DNA of 64,000 nucleotides from Anaerolineae bacterium (GCA_046328535.1 JAXLWJ010000023.1:9186-73185); one strand, 5' to 3'; counted from the first letter of the stretch, positions 9,078 to 18,284 are shown. The notes: generated by a model from the sequence alone, not told the origin. Numbers and translations are program-made.

Positions 9078-10498
9078 TGTCCTCCGCGCGGCCCGCCGTC
9101 GTCTTCGAGCACGTCTCGAAGCGCTTCATCCTGCACCACGACCGCCCGCGCTCCTTCCAGGAGTGGCTCGTGCGGCGCTTCCGCCCGAACGACGACACCG
9201 AGGAGTTCTGGGCGCTGCGCGACGTGAGCTTCAGCGTCGGGCGCGGCGAGGCGGTGGCTTTCGTCGGCACGAACGGCGCGGGGAAGAGCAGCCTGCTCAA
9301 GCTCATCAACGGCATCCTGACGCCGACAGAAGGCGCGGTGATCGTAGACGGGCGCATCTCGGCGCTGCTAGAGCTGGGCGCGGGCTTCCACCCGGACCTG
9401 ACCGGGCGCGAGAACGTCTACCTCAACGGCTCCATCCTCGGCCTCGACCGGCGCACCATTGACCACCTCTACCCCCACATCGTCAAGTTCGCCGAGATCG
9501 AAGACTTCATTGACATGCCGGTGAAGCATTATTCCTCCGGCATGTACATGCGCCTCGGCTTTGCCGTCGCCATCCACGCCGAGCCGGACATCTTGCTGGT
9601 GGACGAGGTGCTGGCCGTGGGCGACGCCGCGTTCCAGGCCAAGTGCATGCACCGCATCCTGGACCTCAAGAAGCGCGGCGTGACCATCATCATCGTCTCC
9701 CACGACCTCGAGGCGGTGCGCAAGCTGTGCAACCGCGTCTTCTGGCTCCAGAACAGCCGTGTCCGCCAGGCCGGCCCGCCGAGCCAGGTCCTCGCCGCCT
9801 ACCTCGACTGGGTGGCGCAGCACCAGATGGACGACATGATCGAGGAGGCCGAGGAAGAGGCCGAGCTGGCGGCGGAGCGCGCGGCCCAGGAGACTGCGAC
9901 TGTGGCCGAAGCCGAGGCGGCGCCAACCCCTGCCCCGACTGCCCCAACCGCGCCGACGCCGCGCCCGACGAGCAAGGTCAGCGCGCCGAGCGCCCTGCGC
10001 CACCCCGACGCGACGCGGTGGGGAACCTACGAGGTAGAGATTACGGGCGTCGAGTTCCTGGACGGCGCGGGCCGGCCGGCCCAGGCCTTCGACACCGGCG
10101 GGCCATTTACGGCGCGTATCCACTACGACGCCCACCAACCCATCCCGCACCCCATGATCGGCGTCGCCATCCACATCGAGGACGGCGCGCACGTCACCGG
10201 GCCGAACACGGTCACGTCCGACTTCGACATCCCCGTCCTGGAGGGCCAGGGCTGGGTGGATTACATCGTAGACGACCTACCCCTCGTCGCGGGGACGTAC
10301 GTCTTCACCGCCGCCATCTACGACTTCTGGGAGACGAAGGCCTACGACCACCACGACAAGACGTTCGTGTTTCGCGTGCGCCCCGGCTCGCCGGAGCGGT
10401 ACGGCGCTGTCGTCATCCCGTCGCGGTGGGCGCATGCCGCCGCCGAATCGCAAGACACCCTGCCATCCACCCCCGTCAAGGCCGACCGCCTGCGGTAA
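9077..10498 (+). CDS. polysaccharide ABC exporter ATPase (Wzt/TagH-like) with C-terminal beta-sandwich (Wzt_C-like) domain
   Basis: GTG start at 9077. Walker A GTNGAGKSS, signature YSSGM, Walker B ILLVDE. These are followed by an acidic/PT linker and a ~150-aa C-terminal domain (RWGTYEVEITGVEFLD...YVFTAAIYD...FVFRV). Confidence 0.85.
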   Translation: MSSARPAVVFEHVSKRFILHHDRPRSFQEWLVRRFRPNDDTEEFWALRDVSFSVGRGEAVAFVGTNGAGKSSLLKLINGILTPTEGAVIVDGRISALLELGAGFHPDLTGRENVYLNGSILGLDRRTIDHLYPHIVKFAEIEDFIDMPVKHYSSGMYMRLGFAVAIHAEPDILLVDEVLAVGDAAFQAKCMHRILDLKKRGVTIIIVSHDLEAVRKLCNRVFWLQNSRVRQAGPPSQVLAAYLDWVAQHQMDDMIEEAEEEAELAAERAAQETATVAEAEAAPTPAPTAPTAPTPRPTSKVSAPSALRHPDATRWGTYEVEITGVEFLDGAGRPAQAFDTGGPFTARIHYDAHQPIPHPMIGVAIHIEDGAHVTGPNTVTSDFDIPVLEGQGWVDYIVDDLPLVAGTYVFTAAIYDFWETKAYDHHDKTFVFRVRPGSPERYGAVVIPSRWAHAAAESQDTLPSTPVKADRLR

Positions 10499-10504
10499 CA
10501 CACC

Positions 10505-12190
10505 ATGATGAGCGCCGAGTACTCCGTCGGTATCCTCGCCTACAACGGCCGCGCTTTCCTCGATACCTGCCTGGCGTCGGTATTGGCGCAGGAGCCGCCG
10601 CCCGCTGAGGTCGTCGTCGTAGACAACGCTTCCACCGACGGCTCGGCCGACTTCGTCGCCGACGGCTACCCTGCGGTGCGCCTCATCCGCAACAGCACGA
10701 ATGTCGGCGTCACCGGGGGCTACAACATGGCCGCCGCCGCGCTGTCGTCGCCGCTGGTCATCCTCCTCAACCAGGACCTGCGCCTGCTGCCCGGCTGCCT
10801 GGGAGCGCTCGCCGCGACATTCGACGGGCCAGACGTGGCCGTCGTCGGCGCGAAGCTCCTCTACGCCGACGAGCAGACGATCCAGCACGCTGGCGGGCAT
10901 CTCCAGTGGCCGCTCTTCCTGGCCCAGCACTACGGTTACGGCGAGGCCGACGACGGGCAATGGGACACGGCGTTGTCGTCTGGCAGCGAGCCGCGGGTGG
11001 ACTACGTGACCGGCGCGGTGTTTGCGGTGCGCCGGAGCGTCTGGGAGGAGCTGGGCGGCTTCGACGACCTGTTCAGCCCGGCCTACTTCGAAGAGGTGGA
11101 CTATTGCTGGCGGGTCAAGGCGCGGCAGCTCCGCGTCGTCTACCAGCCCCTCGCCCGCGCCATCCACTTCGAGACGACGACGCTGGGCAAGGGCGGCCGC
11201 CGCTACCTGGAGCTGTACCACCGCAACCGCCTGCGCCTGGCCCTCAAGGACGCAACCCTCGAGCATATCCTGGGCTACTTTGCCCGCGCTGAGGCGCGGC
11301 GCGCGGCCGGCCTGCGCGTGAGCGACGACCCCGCCGCCGCGCTCGACCTGGACGCGGTGCGCCTGGCCTACGCCGACGCCGCCGCGCACCTGGACGCCAT
11401 CCTGTCGCGGCGGGCCGACGCGCCCGTGTCGGCCGGCACGGTCTGGGCGTTGCGGGACATGCTGGTGGCGCTGCGGGAGATCGCCGACGGCGACCTCGGC
11501 CCCGACGCCTGGCGGCGCATCGTCCTGCCGACGGCGGCGACACTACGCGCCCGCGACGTGGCGATTGTCACCGGCGCTGTCCCGCCATCCCCCCCTGCCC
11601 CCTTCCTCCCACCAGGGGCGGAAGGGGGAGGCGAGACAGCCGCCGAAGTCCCCGCTCTTCCCCCCTCGCCCATTTTGGGAGAGGGGCCGGGGGTGAGGGA
11701 CGTGACCGACCTCGCCGTTCTGCGGCCGCAGCCGTTCGTGTCGAACGCGCCGCTCGTCGGGCCATTGATCGTTTGGGCGCGCACCCTGTGGAATTCCATT
11801 TCGACGAAGTGGTACGTCCAGCCGCTCGTGGAGCAGCAGACTCGCTTCAACGCGGCGACGGCTGAGGCTTTGCAGCAGATTGCGAGCGAACAGGCGCGGC
11901 GCCAGCGCCTCATCGAGAGTCAGGCCGCTATGCTGACGACCCTGACGCAGCGGCAGGGTCTCGTCGGCGCGGCGATGGCCGGGCTGGCGGAGGAGGCTGA
12001 GGCCCTGCGCACCGCCGTAGACGCCTTGCGCTTCGACCTGGACGCCCTGATGGTGAAGGACGACGCCAGGGCGGCCGATCTCAAGGCGCGCGCCGACGCC
12101 CTCGCCACGCGTATCGCCGCCCTGGAAGCCGCCCTGCCAGAGTCGCCCGCACCTGACGCGGCGACGGCGGCGCAGGAGGACGCGCTGTGA
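10505..12190 (+). CDS. GT2-family glycosyltransferase fused to a WYV.P..QQ..FN module and a long coiled coil
   Basis: 561-aa ORF with an N-terminal GT-A domain (VVVVDNASTDGS...NVGVTGGYN...LNQD). An in-frame family-A repeat pair lies at 11581-11700. Then come FVSNAPLVGPLIVWARTLWNSISTKWYVQPLVEQQTRFN and an Ala/Leu/Glu/Arg-rich heptad-like tail. Confidence 0.8.
   Translation: MMSAEYSVGILAYNGRAFLDTCLASVLAQEPPPAEVVVVDNASTDGSADFVADGYPAVRLIRNSTNVGVTGGYNMAAAALSSPLVILLNQDLRLLPGCLGALAATFDGPDVAVVGAKLLYADEQTIQHAGGHLQWPLFLAQHYGYGEADDGQWDTALSSGSEPRVDYVTGAVFAVRRSVWEELGGFDDLFSPAYFEEVDYCWRVKARQLRVVYQPLARAIHFETTTLGKGGRRYLELYHRNRLRLALKDATLEHILGYFARAEARRAAGLRVSDDPAAALDLDAVRLAYADAAAHLDAILSRRADAPVSAGTVWALRDMLVALREIADGDLGPDAWRRIVLPTAATLRARDVAIVTGAVPPSPPAPFLPPGAEGGGETAAEVPALPPSPILGEGPGVRDVTDLAVLRPQPFVSNAPLVGPLIVWARTLWNSISTKWYVQPLVEQQTRFNAATAEALQQIASEQARRQRLIESQAAMLTTLTQRQGLVGAAMAGLAEEAEALRTAVDALRFDLDALMVKDDARAADLKARADALATRIAALEAALPESPAPDAATAAQEDAL
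11581..11700. repeat. composite family-A element (variant hairpin + canonical hairpin) in frame inside the GT2-coiled-coil gene
   Basis: 11581-11630 is nearly identical to 8108-8158, and 11662-11700 to 8185-8227. The whole ~120 nt is colinear with 8108-8227. Confidence 0.85.
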
Positions 12191-13575
12191 GCGGCTCGCC
12201 CGTGCGGGACCGGCTGCGCCGCCTGCGGGCCGCGTGGGACGGCACGACCCCGGCGTCGGACCCGCAGGTGAAGGCCGTCGAGGCGGACCTGCGCTCCACC
12301 GAGGCCGCCTTGCTGGCTGCCCAGCAGCAGATTACGTCGCTCACGACGCGGGTCGCGGCCCTGGAGGCGCGGCTGGCGCGCGTCGTGGCCGAGACGCCCT
12401 CTGCTGGCGCGCCGCTGCGCCTGGCCTACTTCAGCCCGTTGACGCCGCAGGCGACGGGCATCGCCGGGTACAGCGAGATGCTGCTGCCCGCTCTGGCGCG
12501 GCTGGCCGAGGTGGATGTCTACGTCGGCGACGTGACCCCGACGGACCCGTTCATCGCCCGCCTGCCACTTTTCCCGACGACGGACTACGCGGCGCGGCGC
12601 GCGGCGCGGGCCTACCACGCCACCATCTACCACATGGGCAACTTCCGCGGCTACCACGCCGCTATCTACGCCGTGATGCGGCGCTACCCCGGCATCCTCG
12701 TCCTGCACGACTTCCTGCTGCACCACTTCTTCGCCGGGCTGACCCTGGACGGCGGGCGACCGGAGGACTACGCCTGGGAAGTCGGCTACGCCGAGGGAAC
12801 GCCGGGCATGGCCGTCGCGCGGGCGGCGCTGCGCGGCGAGCGCCCGCTGCCGCTATTCGATTACCCCCTGGTGGGGCGCGCCCTCGACCTGAGCCAGGGC
12901 GTGATCTGCCACAGCGACTACGTCCGCGAGGGGGTGGCGGCGTTGCGCCCCGACCTGCCCACGACCGTCGTCGGCCTGGCGACGACGCCGAGCTATCGCA
13001 AGCCGCCCGACAACGACCAGGGCGGCGAGCGGCCGATCCGCGTCATCACCGCCGGCTACATGACGCCGGCGAAGGGGATGGAGACGGCCCTCGAAGCCTT
13101 TGCCCTGTTCCGCCAGGGCCACCCCGACGCCCGCTACACCCTGGTCGGCGCCGTCGAGCCAGGTTTCGACCTGGACGCGCTCATCCAGCAGACCGGGGCC
13201 GCCGACGCCATAGACGTGCGCGGTTTCGCGCCGACGCTCGACGAGTTCGACAGGATCATCGCCGACGCCGACATCTGCCTCAACCTGCGCTACCCCACGG
13301 CGGGCGAGACTTCCGCCAGCCTGCTGCGCGTCATGGCCGTGGGTGTGCCGGCCATCGTCACCGATATCGGCTGGTTCAGCGAGTTGCCCGACGACACGGT
13401 CATCAAGGTTCCCGCGCCGCCGACAGCGGCGGATGTGGCGCGCGCGCTTGTGGAGATGGCGAGTCCGTCGCGGCGGGCCGACATGGCCGCCGCCGGGCGG
13501 CGCTATGTCGAGGCGACCCACTCGCCCGAGGCATCAGCGCGCGGCTACGTGGAATTCATCAGGCGTCTCGCCTGA
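12187..13575 (+). CDS. coiled-coil N-terminus fused to a GT4-like glycosyltransferase
   Basis: GTG at 12187 overlaps the upstream TGA. N-terminus reads ...VKAVEADLRSTEAALLAAQQQITSLTTRVAALEARLARV. The GT-B C-terminal half follows (...LNLRYPTAGETSASLLRVMAVGVPAIVT...). Confidence 0.75.
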   Translation: MSGSPVRDRLRRLRAAWDGTTPASDPQVKAVEADLRSTEAALLAAQQQITSLTTRVAALEARLARVVAETPSAGAPLRLAYFSPLTPQATGIAGYSEMLLPALARLAEVDVYVGDVTPTDPFIARLPLFPTTDYAARRAARAYHATIYHMGNFRGYHAAIYAVMRRYPGILVLHDFLLHHFFAGLTLDGGRPEDYAWEVGYAEGTPGMAVARAALRGERPLPLFDYPLVGRALDLSQGVICHSDYVREGVAALRPDLPTTVVGLATTPSYRKPPDNDQGGERPIRVITAGYMTPAKGMETALEAFALFRQGHPDARYTLVGAVEPGFDLDALIQQTGAADAIDVRGFAPTLDEFDRIIADADICLNLRYPTAGETSASLLRVMAVGVPAIVTDIGWFSELPDDTVIKVPAPPTAADVARALVEMASPSRRADMAAAGRRYVEATHSPEASARGYVEFIRRLA

Positions 13576-13579
13576 CCCC

Positions 13580-14860
13580 ATGCGCATTCTCCACGTCATT
13601 CAACGGTACTGGCCCGCCGGCGGCGGGGCCGAGCGCCACCTGCACGAGATCTCGCGGCGGTTGGCGCGGGACGGCCACGAGGTGACGGTCTACACCACCG
13701 ACGCCGAGGACTTTCAGCTCTTCTGGGACCCACGCAAAGCGCGCTTCAGCCACCTGGCCGATATCCACGACGGCGTGCAGATTCGCCGCTTCCCCCTGCG
13801 CCACCTGCCCCTGGCGCCCCTCTCGTTCCCCGTCGTCCGCCGCAGCATGTCGCACCTCTCGGAGATGCCCCTCGACATGACGGGCGTCTTGCCGCGCGTC
13901 GGGCAGTTTACGCCCTGGGCGCCGGGCCTGCGGGCGGCGCTGCGCGACGCCGGGCCGATCTGGGATGTGGCGGCAGGCATGACCATCACCTACGACGCCC
14001 TGCTGTGGCCCGCAATGGAGTGGGCGGCGCGCTGGCGGCGGCCCTGGCTGGTCTACCCCCTGACCCACATGGCCGACACGGGGCCAGGCTCGGTACGCCG
14101 CTACTACACGATGCAGCACCAGCTCGAGCTGAGCCGCCGCGCCGCGTGGGTCTTCGCCCAGACCGAGGCCGAGCGCGCCTTTCTCGCCGCGCGCGGTGTA
14201 ACGCCGCAGCGCATCATCGTCGCCGGTGTCGGCATCAACCCCGAGGAGTACGGCGCGGGCGACGCCGGGCGCGCCTGGGCGGCGCTCGGTCTCGCCCCCG
14301 GCGCCCCCATCGTGCTGAGCCTGGGGACGGCGAGCCGCGACAAAGGGACGATGGATGTGGTGGCGGCGATGCGGCGGCTGTGGATGGCTGGCTCGCCCGC
14401 GCACCTCGTCGTCGCCGGCAGCGTGCAGGACGAATTCCAGCGCGTCTACGACGGGCTGCCCCTCGCCGAGCGGTCGCGCGTCCATCTCATGGGCTACGTC
14501 GGCGATGCGGTGAAGCAGGACCTGCTGGCCGCCGCCAGCGTCATGTGCCTGCCATCCCGCGCCGACTCCTTCGGGATCGCATACCTCGAAGCGTGGGCGT
14601 ATGGCAAGCCGGTCATCGGGGCGCGCGTGGCGGGCATCAGCGACGTCATCGCCGACGGCGAGGATGGGCTGCTCGTCCCGTTCGGGGAACCGGCCACGCT
14701 GGCGGCGGCCCTGGATCGTCTGCTGGACGACGCCGAATGGCGGGCGGCGCTGGGCGAGCGGGGCCGCGCCACGGTCTTGTCGCGCTACACGTGGGAGGGG
14801 GTCTACGCCCGCGTCCGCCCGGCGTATGAGGGGAGCGCCGGGATTCACGTTCCCGCCTAA
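13580..14860 (+). CDS. GT4-family glycosyltransferase
   Basis: ORF 13343..14860 trimmed to the ATG at 13580 (MRILHVIQRYWPAGGGAERH...). Contains the ...SRADSFGIAYLEAWAYGKPVIG... EX7E-type region. Confidence 0.85.
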   Translation: MRILHVIQRYWPAGGGAERHLHEISRRLARDGHEVTVYTTDAEDFQLFWDPRKARFSHLADIHDGVQIRRFPLRHLPLAPLSFPVVRRSMSHLSEMPLDMTGVLPRVGQFTPWAPGLRAALRDAGPIWDVAAGMTITYDALLWPAMEWAARWRRPWLVYPLTHMADTGPGSVRRYYTMQHQLELSRRAAWVFAQTEAERAFLAARGVTPQRIIVAGVGINPEEYGAGDAGRAWAALGLAPGAPIVLSLGTASRDKGTMDVVAAMRRLWMAGSPAHLVVAGSVQDEFQRVYDGLPLAERSRVHLMGYVGDAVKQDLLAAASVMCLPSRADSFGIAYLEAWAYGKPVIGARVAGISDVIADGEDGLLVPFGEPATLAAALDRLLDDAEWRAALGERGRATVLSRYTWEGVYARVRPAYEGSAGIHVPA

Positions 14861-14880
14861 CCTGGACTAAAATAGTGCCT

Positions 14881-15333
14881 ATGTCTCAGCCTGCCCCTGT
14901 AGCCGACGTGGCGGCGCGGCGCGCCCAGGCGCTCGACGCGCTGCGCGAAAGCCTCGCCGCGCGCCGCGCCGCCCTGGCCCTCTCCGACGGCGCGCCGACG
15001 CCGGGCGCGGCCCGCGCGTTGCGCGTTTCCATCGTCACGATGAACGCCCGCCGCGAGGTCAACCCGCAGTTCCCCATCGCCTGGCCGACGTGGCCGCCGG
15101 GCATCCTGCCCAAGATCACCGCCGCAATCCAGAAGGTCGTGCGGCGCTTGCTGCGCTGGTATATCGTCCCCATCGTCGCCCAGCAAAACGACTTCAACAC
15201 CGCGTCGGCGGAGAGCGTTACGCTGCTGACCGACGCCCTGGAACGGCTGGCCCGCGAGCACGCCCAGGCGCTCGACCGCCTGGCCGAGCTGGAAACGCGG
15301 CTGGAAGAGCTAGAGGGGCGCGGGGAGCCATGA
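14881..15333 (+). CDS. small coiled-coil protein carrying the WY..P...QQ..FN module
   Basis: ATG at 14881 (a GTG at 14875 is also possible). Contains ...VVRRLLRWYIVPIVAQQNDFNTASAESVTLLTDALERLAREHAQALDRLAELETRLEELE. The stop overlaps the next gene start (ATGA at 15330). Confidence 0.65.
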   Translation: MSQPAPVADVAARRAQALDALRESLAARRAALALSDGAPTPGAARALRVSIVTMNARREVNPQFPIAWPTWPPGILPKITAAIQKVVRRLLRWYIVPIVAQQNDFNTASAESVTLLTDALERLAREHAQALDRLAELETRLEELEGRGEP

Positions 15334-16382
15334 CGCGCGTCGTCGTCTGCAACAGCCAGGCGCCGTTCATCAGCGGCGGCGCGGAGATTCTGGCCGACGG
15401 GCTGCACCGGGCGCTGGTGCGGCGGGGCTACGACGTGGCGACGGCGCGGCTGCCTCTGGCGGTCGAGCCGCGCATCGAGGTGGTGCGCAGCGCCCTGGCG
15501 TGGCGGCTGACAGATCTGGTGAAGCTGCCGGGGCGGCCGCTGCCCATTGACGCGGCTATCTGCCTGAAATACCCGTCGTATGTCCTGCGCCACCCATGCA
15601 AGATCGTCTGGCTCGTCCACCAGTACCGCCAGGTCTACGAGCTGCTCGGCACGCCCTACAGTGACCTGGGCGACTCGGCCGACGATCAGGCGTTCATCGG
15701 CATGGTGCGCCGCCTCGACACCCAGGCCCTCGGCGAGGCGCGGGCGCTGTACACGATCTCGCGCAACGTCGCCGAGCGCCTGGCGCGCTACAATGGCCTG
15801 CGGGCGACGCCGCTCTACCACCCGCCCCAGTACGAGGACCGCTATCGCTGCGAGAGCTACGGCGACTACGTCTTCACCGTCAGCCGCCAGGACCCGCTCA
15901 AGCGCGTGGACCTACTCATCAAAGCCATGCCCTACACGCGCAGCGGCGTGCGCGCCGTCATCGCCGGCGTCGGGCCGGAGCTGGCGGCGAACAAGGCGCT
16001 GGCGGCCCAGTTGGGCGTGGCCGAGCGCGTCGAGTTCATCGGCTATGTGGACGAAGCGCGGCTCATTGACCTCTACGCGCGGGCGCTGGCGGTGTACTAC
16101 GCGCCCTTCGACGAGGACTACGGCTACGTCACCCTGGAGGCGTTTCTGTCGGGCAAGGCCGTGGTGACGGCGGGGGACAGCGGCGGCACGCTGGAGTTCG
16201 TCAAAGACGGCGAAACCGGCCTGGTGTTCGACCCACAGGACCCCGCCAGCCTCGGCGCGGCGCTGGACAGCCTGATGACGGTTAGCGGGCAGGCCGCGGC
16301 GCTCGGTGGGGCGGGCTACCGCGTGGCCGCCCCCATCACCTGGGACCGCGTCGTGGATGCCCTCACCGCGCCGATCCCGTAA
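15330..16382 (+). CDS. GT4-like glycosyltransferase (paralog A)
   Basis: ORF 15090..16382 trimmed to the ATG at 15330 (MTRVVVCNSQAPFISGGAE...). Contains ...FDEDYGYVTLEAFLSGKAVVT.. Roughly two-thirds identical by eye to the next gene. Confidence 0.8.
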   Translation: MTRVVVCNSQAPFISGGAEILADGLHRALVRRGYDVATARLPLAVEPRIEVVRSALAWRLTDLVKLPGRPLPIDAAICLKYPSYVLRHPCKIVWLVHQYRQVYELLGTPYSDLGDSADDQAFIGMVRRLDTQALGEARALYTISRNVAERLARYNGLRATPLYHPPQYEDRYRCESYGDYVFTVSRQDPLKRVDLLIKAMPYTRSGVRAVIAGVGPELAANKALAAQLGVAERVEFIGYVDEARLIDLYARALAVYYAPFDEDYGYVTLEAFLSGKAVVTAGDSGGTLEFVKDGETGLVFDPQDPASLGAALDSLMTVSGQAAALGGAGYRVAAPITWDRVVDALTAPIP

Positions 16383-16394
16383 CGGAATGGTGTC

Positions 16395-17450
16395 ATGAAG
16401 CGGATTGTCGTGTGCAGCGCCGAAGCGCCCTTCATCCCAGTGGGCGGGGCGGAGATGATGACCCAGGGCCTGGTGCGCGCCCTGGGCGAGCGCGGCTTCG
16501 CCGTGGACTACGTGGGCCTGCCCTTCACCGACGACCCGCGGCCCAACGTCCTGCGGAGCGCGGCGGCGTGGCGGATGCTCAACCTCGACCACGTGCCGGG
16601 ACACGGTCAGCCTATTGACGCCGCTATTTGCCTGCAATACCCGTCGTATGTCCTGCGCCACCCGCGCAAGATCGTCTGGCTCATGCACCAGCACCGCTCG
16701 GCCTACGACCTGGCCGGTACGCCGTACAGCGACTTCAGCGACTCGCCGGCCGACAGGGCGACGATGGACATGATTCGCCGCGTGGATACCCAGACGCTCG
16801 GCGAGGCGCAGGCCATCTACACCATCTCCCGCACCGTCGCCGACCGTTTGCGCCGCTACAATGGCCTGCGGGCCACGCCGCTGTATCAGCCGCCGCCCCG
16901 CGCCGAGCGATACCACAGTGGTGACTACGGCGATTACGTCTTCGTCGTCAGCCGCCAGGACCCCCAGAAGCGCATTGACCTGCTCATCAAGGCGATGCCA
17001 CACACACATAGCGGCATTCGCGCCGTCATCGGTGGGACGGGGCCGATGCTGGCGGCGAACAAGGCGCTGGCGGCGGAAATGGGCGTGGCCGACCGCGTCG
17101 AATTCCTGGGGTTCGTGGACGACGAGCGCTTGATTGACCTCTACGCCAACGCCCTCGCCGTGTTCTACGCGCCGTTCGACGAGGACTACGGCTTCGTCAC
17201 GCTGGAAGGGTTCCTGTCGCGCAAGGCCGTGGTGACGGCGCGCGACAGCGGCGGGACGCTGGAGTTCGTGCGCGACGGGCAGACGGGCTTTGTGTTCGAC
17301 GCGGCCGACCCGGCGGGGCTGGCGCGGCTGCTGGACGACCTCATGGCGGATAAGGAGCGCGCGCGACGGATGGGCGAGGCGGGCTATCGGCGCGTGGCGG
17401 GCATCACCTGGGACGCCGTCGTCGCGGCCCTGACGGAGCCAATCCCATGA
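16395..17450 (+). CDS. GT4-like glycosyltransferase (paralog B)
   Basis: 351-aa ORF (MKRIVVCSAEAPFIPVGGAE...) that is colinear with paralog A over its whole length. Confidence 0.8.
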   Translation: MKRIVVCSAEAPFIPVGGAEMMTQGLVRALGERGFAVDYVGLPFTDDPRPNVLRSAAAWRMLNLDHVPGHGQPIDAAICLQYPSYVLRHPRKIVWLMHQHRSAYDLAGTPYSDFSDSPADRATMDMIRRVDTQTLGEAQAIYTISRTVADRLRRYNGLRATPLYQPPPRAERYHSGDYGDYVFVVSRQDPQKRIDLLIKAMPHTHSGIRAVIGGTGPMLAANKALAAEMGVADRVEFLGFVDDERLIDLYANALAVFYAPFDEDYGFVTLEGFLSRKAVVTARDSGGTLEFVRDGQTGFVFDAADPAGLARLLDDLMADKERARRMGEAGYRRVAGITWDAVVAALTEPIP

Positions 17451-17629
17451 ACCAGACGTTGCTGGACTCACTCACCGATAGTCTGCTGGGCATGGGCCTG
17501 ACCGAGGACGACGTCGCGCCGCTGGCGGACCTGGCCGAGTGCCTGGTCGAGCTTGGCCTGGACCTGGACGGCGCTGCGGACAGCCACGGAACACACGGCA
17601 AGGGACGGGAGAGGGAGGAGGAAGGGTGA
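17447..17629 (+). CDS. small acidic hypothetical protein
   Basis: 60-aa ORF with ATGA overlaps at both ends (17447-17450 and 17627-17631), which suggests translational coupling. I recognise no motif. Confidence 0.4.
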   Translation: MNQTLLDSLTDSLLGMGLTEDDVAPLADLAECLVELGLDLDGAADSHGTHGKGREREEEG

Positions 17630-18042
17630 TGGCCGACGAGGCGGTTCCGCCGGTGGACGTGGCCGCGCTGATGGCCGAGCTGCGCGCCGAGATTGGGGCG
17701 GCCCGCGCGCCCGGCCCGCCCGCGCCGCCGCCGTCGCCGGATAGCATCCTCCGCCGTCTGGACGTACTCGCGCGCCACGCGACGGTGTTCGAGCGCCCGT
17801 TCCTGTCGCAGGTACCCATGCTCGGCTCGGCCATCGCGGGCTTCCGGGAAAGTTGGAACTCCGTCTCGACGAAGTGGTACGTGCGGCCGATGCTCCAGCA
17901 GCAGAACGAGTTCAACCTGGCGCTGGTGCAGGCGCTCACGGACCTGACGCGGCAGGTCGCCGAACTAGAGGAACGTCTCGCTGCCCTGGAAGCGGCGGCG
18001 CCCCCGAACGCCGCCCCGAAAGAGGAATCACATCATTCGTAG
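17629..18042 (+). CDS. small coiled-coil protein carrying the WNSVSTKWYV.P..QQ..FN module
   Basis: ORF 17539..18042 trimmed to the ATG at 17629. FLSQVPMLGSAIAGFRESWNSVSTKWYVRPMLQQQNEFNLALVQALTDLTRQVAELEERLAALE closely parallels residues in the tail of the 10505..12190 product. Confidence 0.65.
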   Translation: MADEAVPPVDVAALMAELRAEIGAARAPGPPAPPPSPDSILRRLDVLARHATVFERPFLSQVPMLGSAIAGFRESWNSVSTKWYVRPMLQQQNEFNLALVQALTDLTRQVAELEERLAALEAAAPPNAAPKEESHHS

Positions 18043-18060
18043 GTCATGGGTCCGCCGAGG

Positions 18061-18128
18061 CGCACAGATGCAAAGGAAAGAGATTTCTGTTCTCTCTTCC
18101 TTTGCGCCTCTGCGCCTTTGCGTTTCAA
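18061..18128 (+). repeat. family-D repeat, copy D1
   Basis: cgcacagatgcaaaggaaagagatttctgttctctcttcctttgcgcctctgcgcctttgcgtttcaa. Direct repeat of 18285-18344. Confidence 0.85.
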
Positions 18129-18195
18129 CCTCCCTCACCTGGCCCGAATTGAGTGCGGCGGCGGGCGATGCGTGGGCAATGGGCATGAAGTCACG

Positions 18196-18258
18196 CCGGC
18201 GCTGGAGAGCCATCTCCCGCGCCTCCGAGGGGCGGCGGCGTTGCCACGCCACCGCCAG
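18196..18258. repeat. family-B hairpin pair (degenerate)
   Basis: ggcgctggagagccatctcccgcgcc plus ggcggcggcgttgccacgccaccgccag. Related to 28114, 29058, 43161 and 56175. Confidence 0.65.
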
Positions 18259-18284
18259 CGGAATACAACGCAACGACGCAACGA

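Noticed and set aside
12234-13685. A 483-aa plus-strand ORF in an alternative frame over the coiled-coil GT4 gene. Similar alternative-frame ORFs occur at 9643..10608, 19612..20406, 22821..23774, 29366..30514 and 40634..41428.
   Set aside because: These are same-strand off-frame ORFs with Arg/Pro/Gly-rich composition. The overlapping frame carries the family motifs.
17447-17629. Whether the 60-aa acidic ORF is only an artefact between two real genes.
   Set aside because: I did not reject it fully. It is kept as a low-confidence CDS because both ends show 4-nt coupling overlaps, but there is no motif support, so it should not be over-interpreted.
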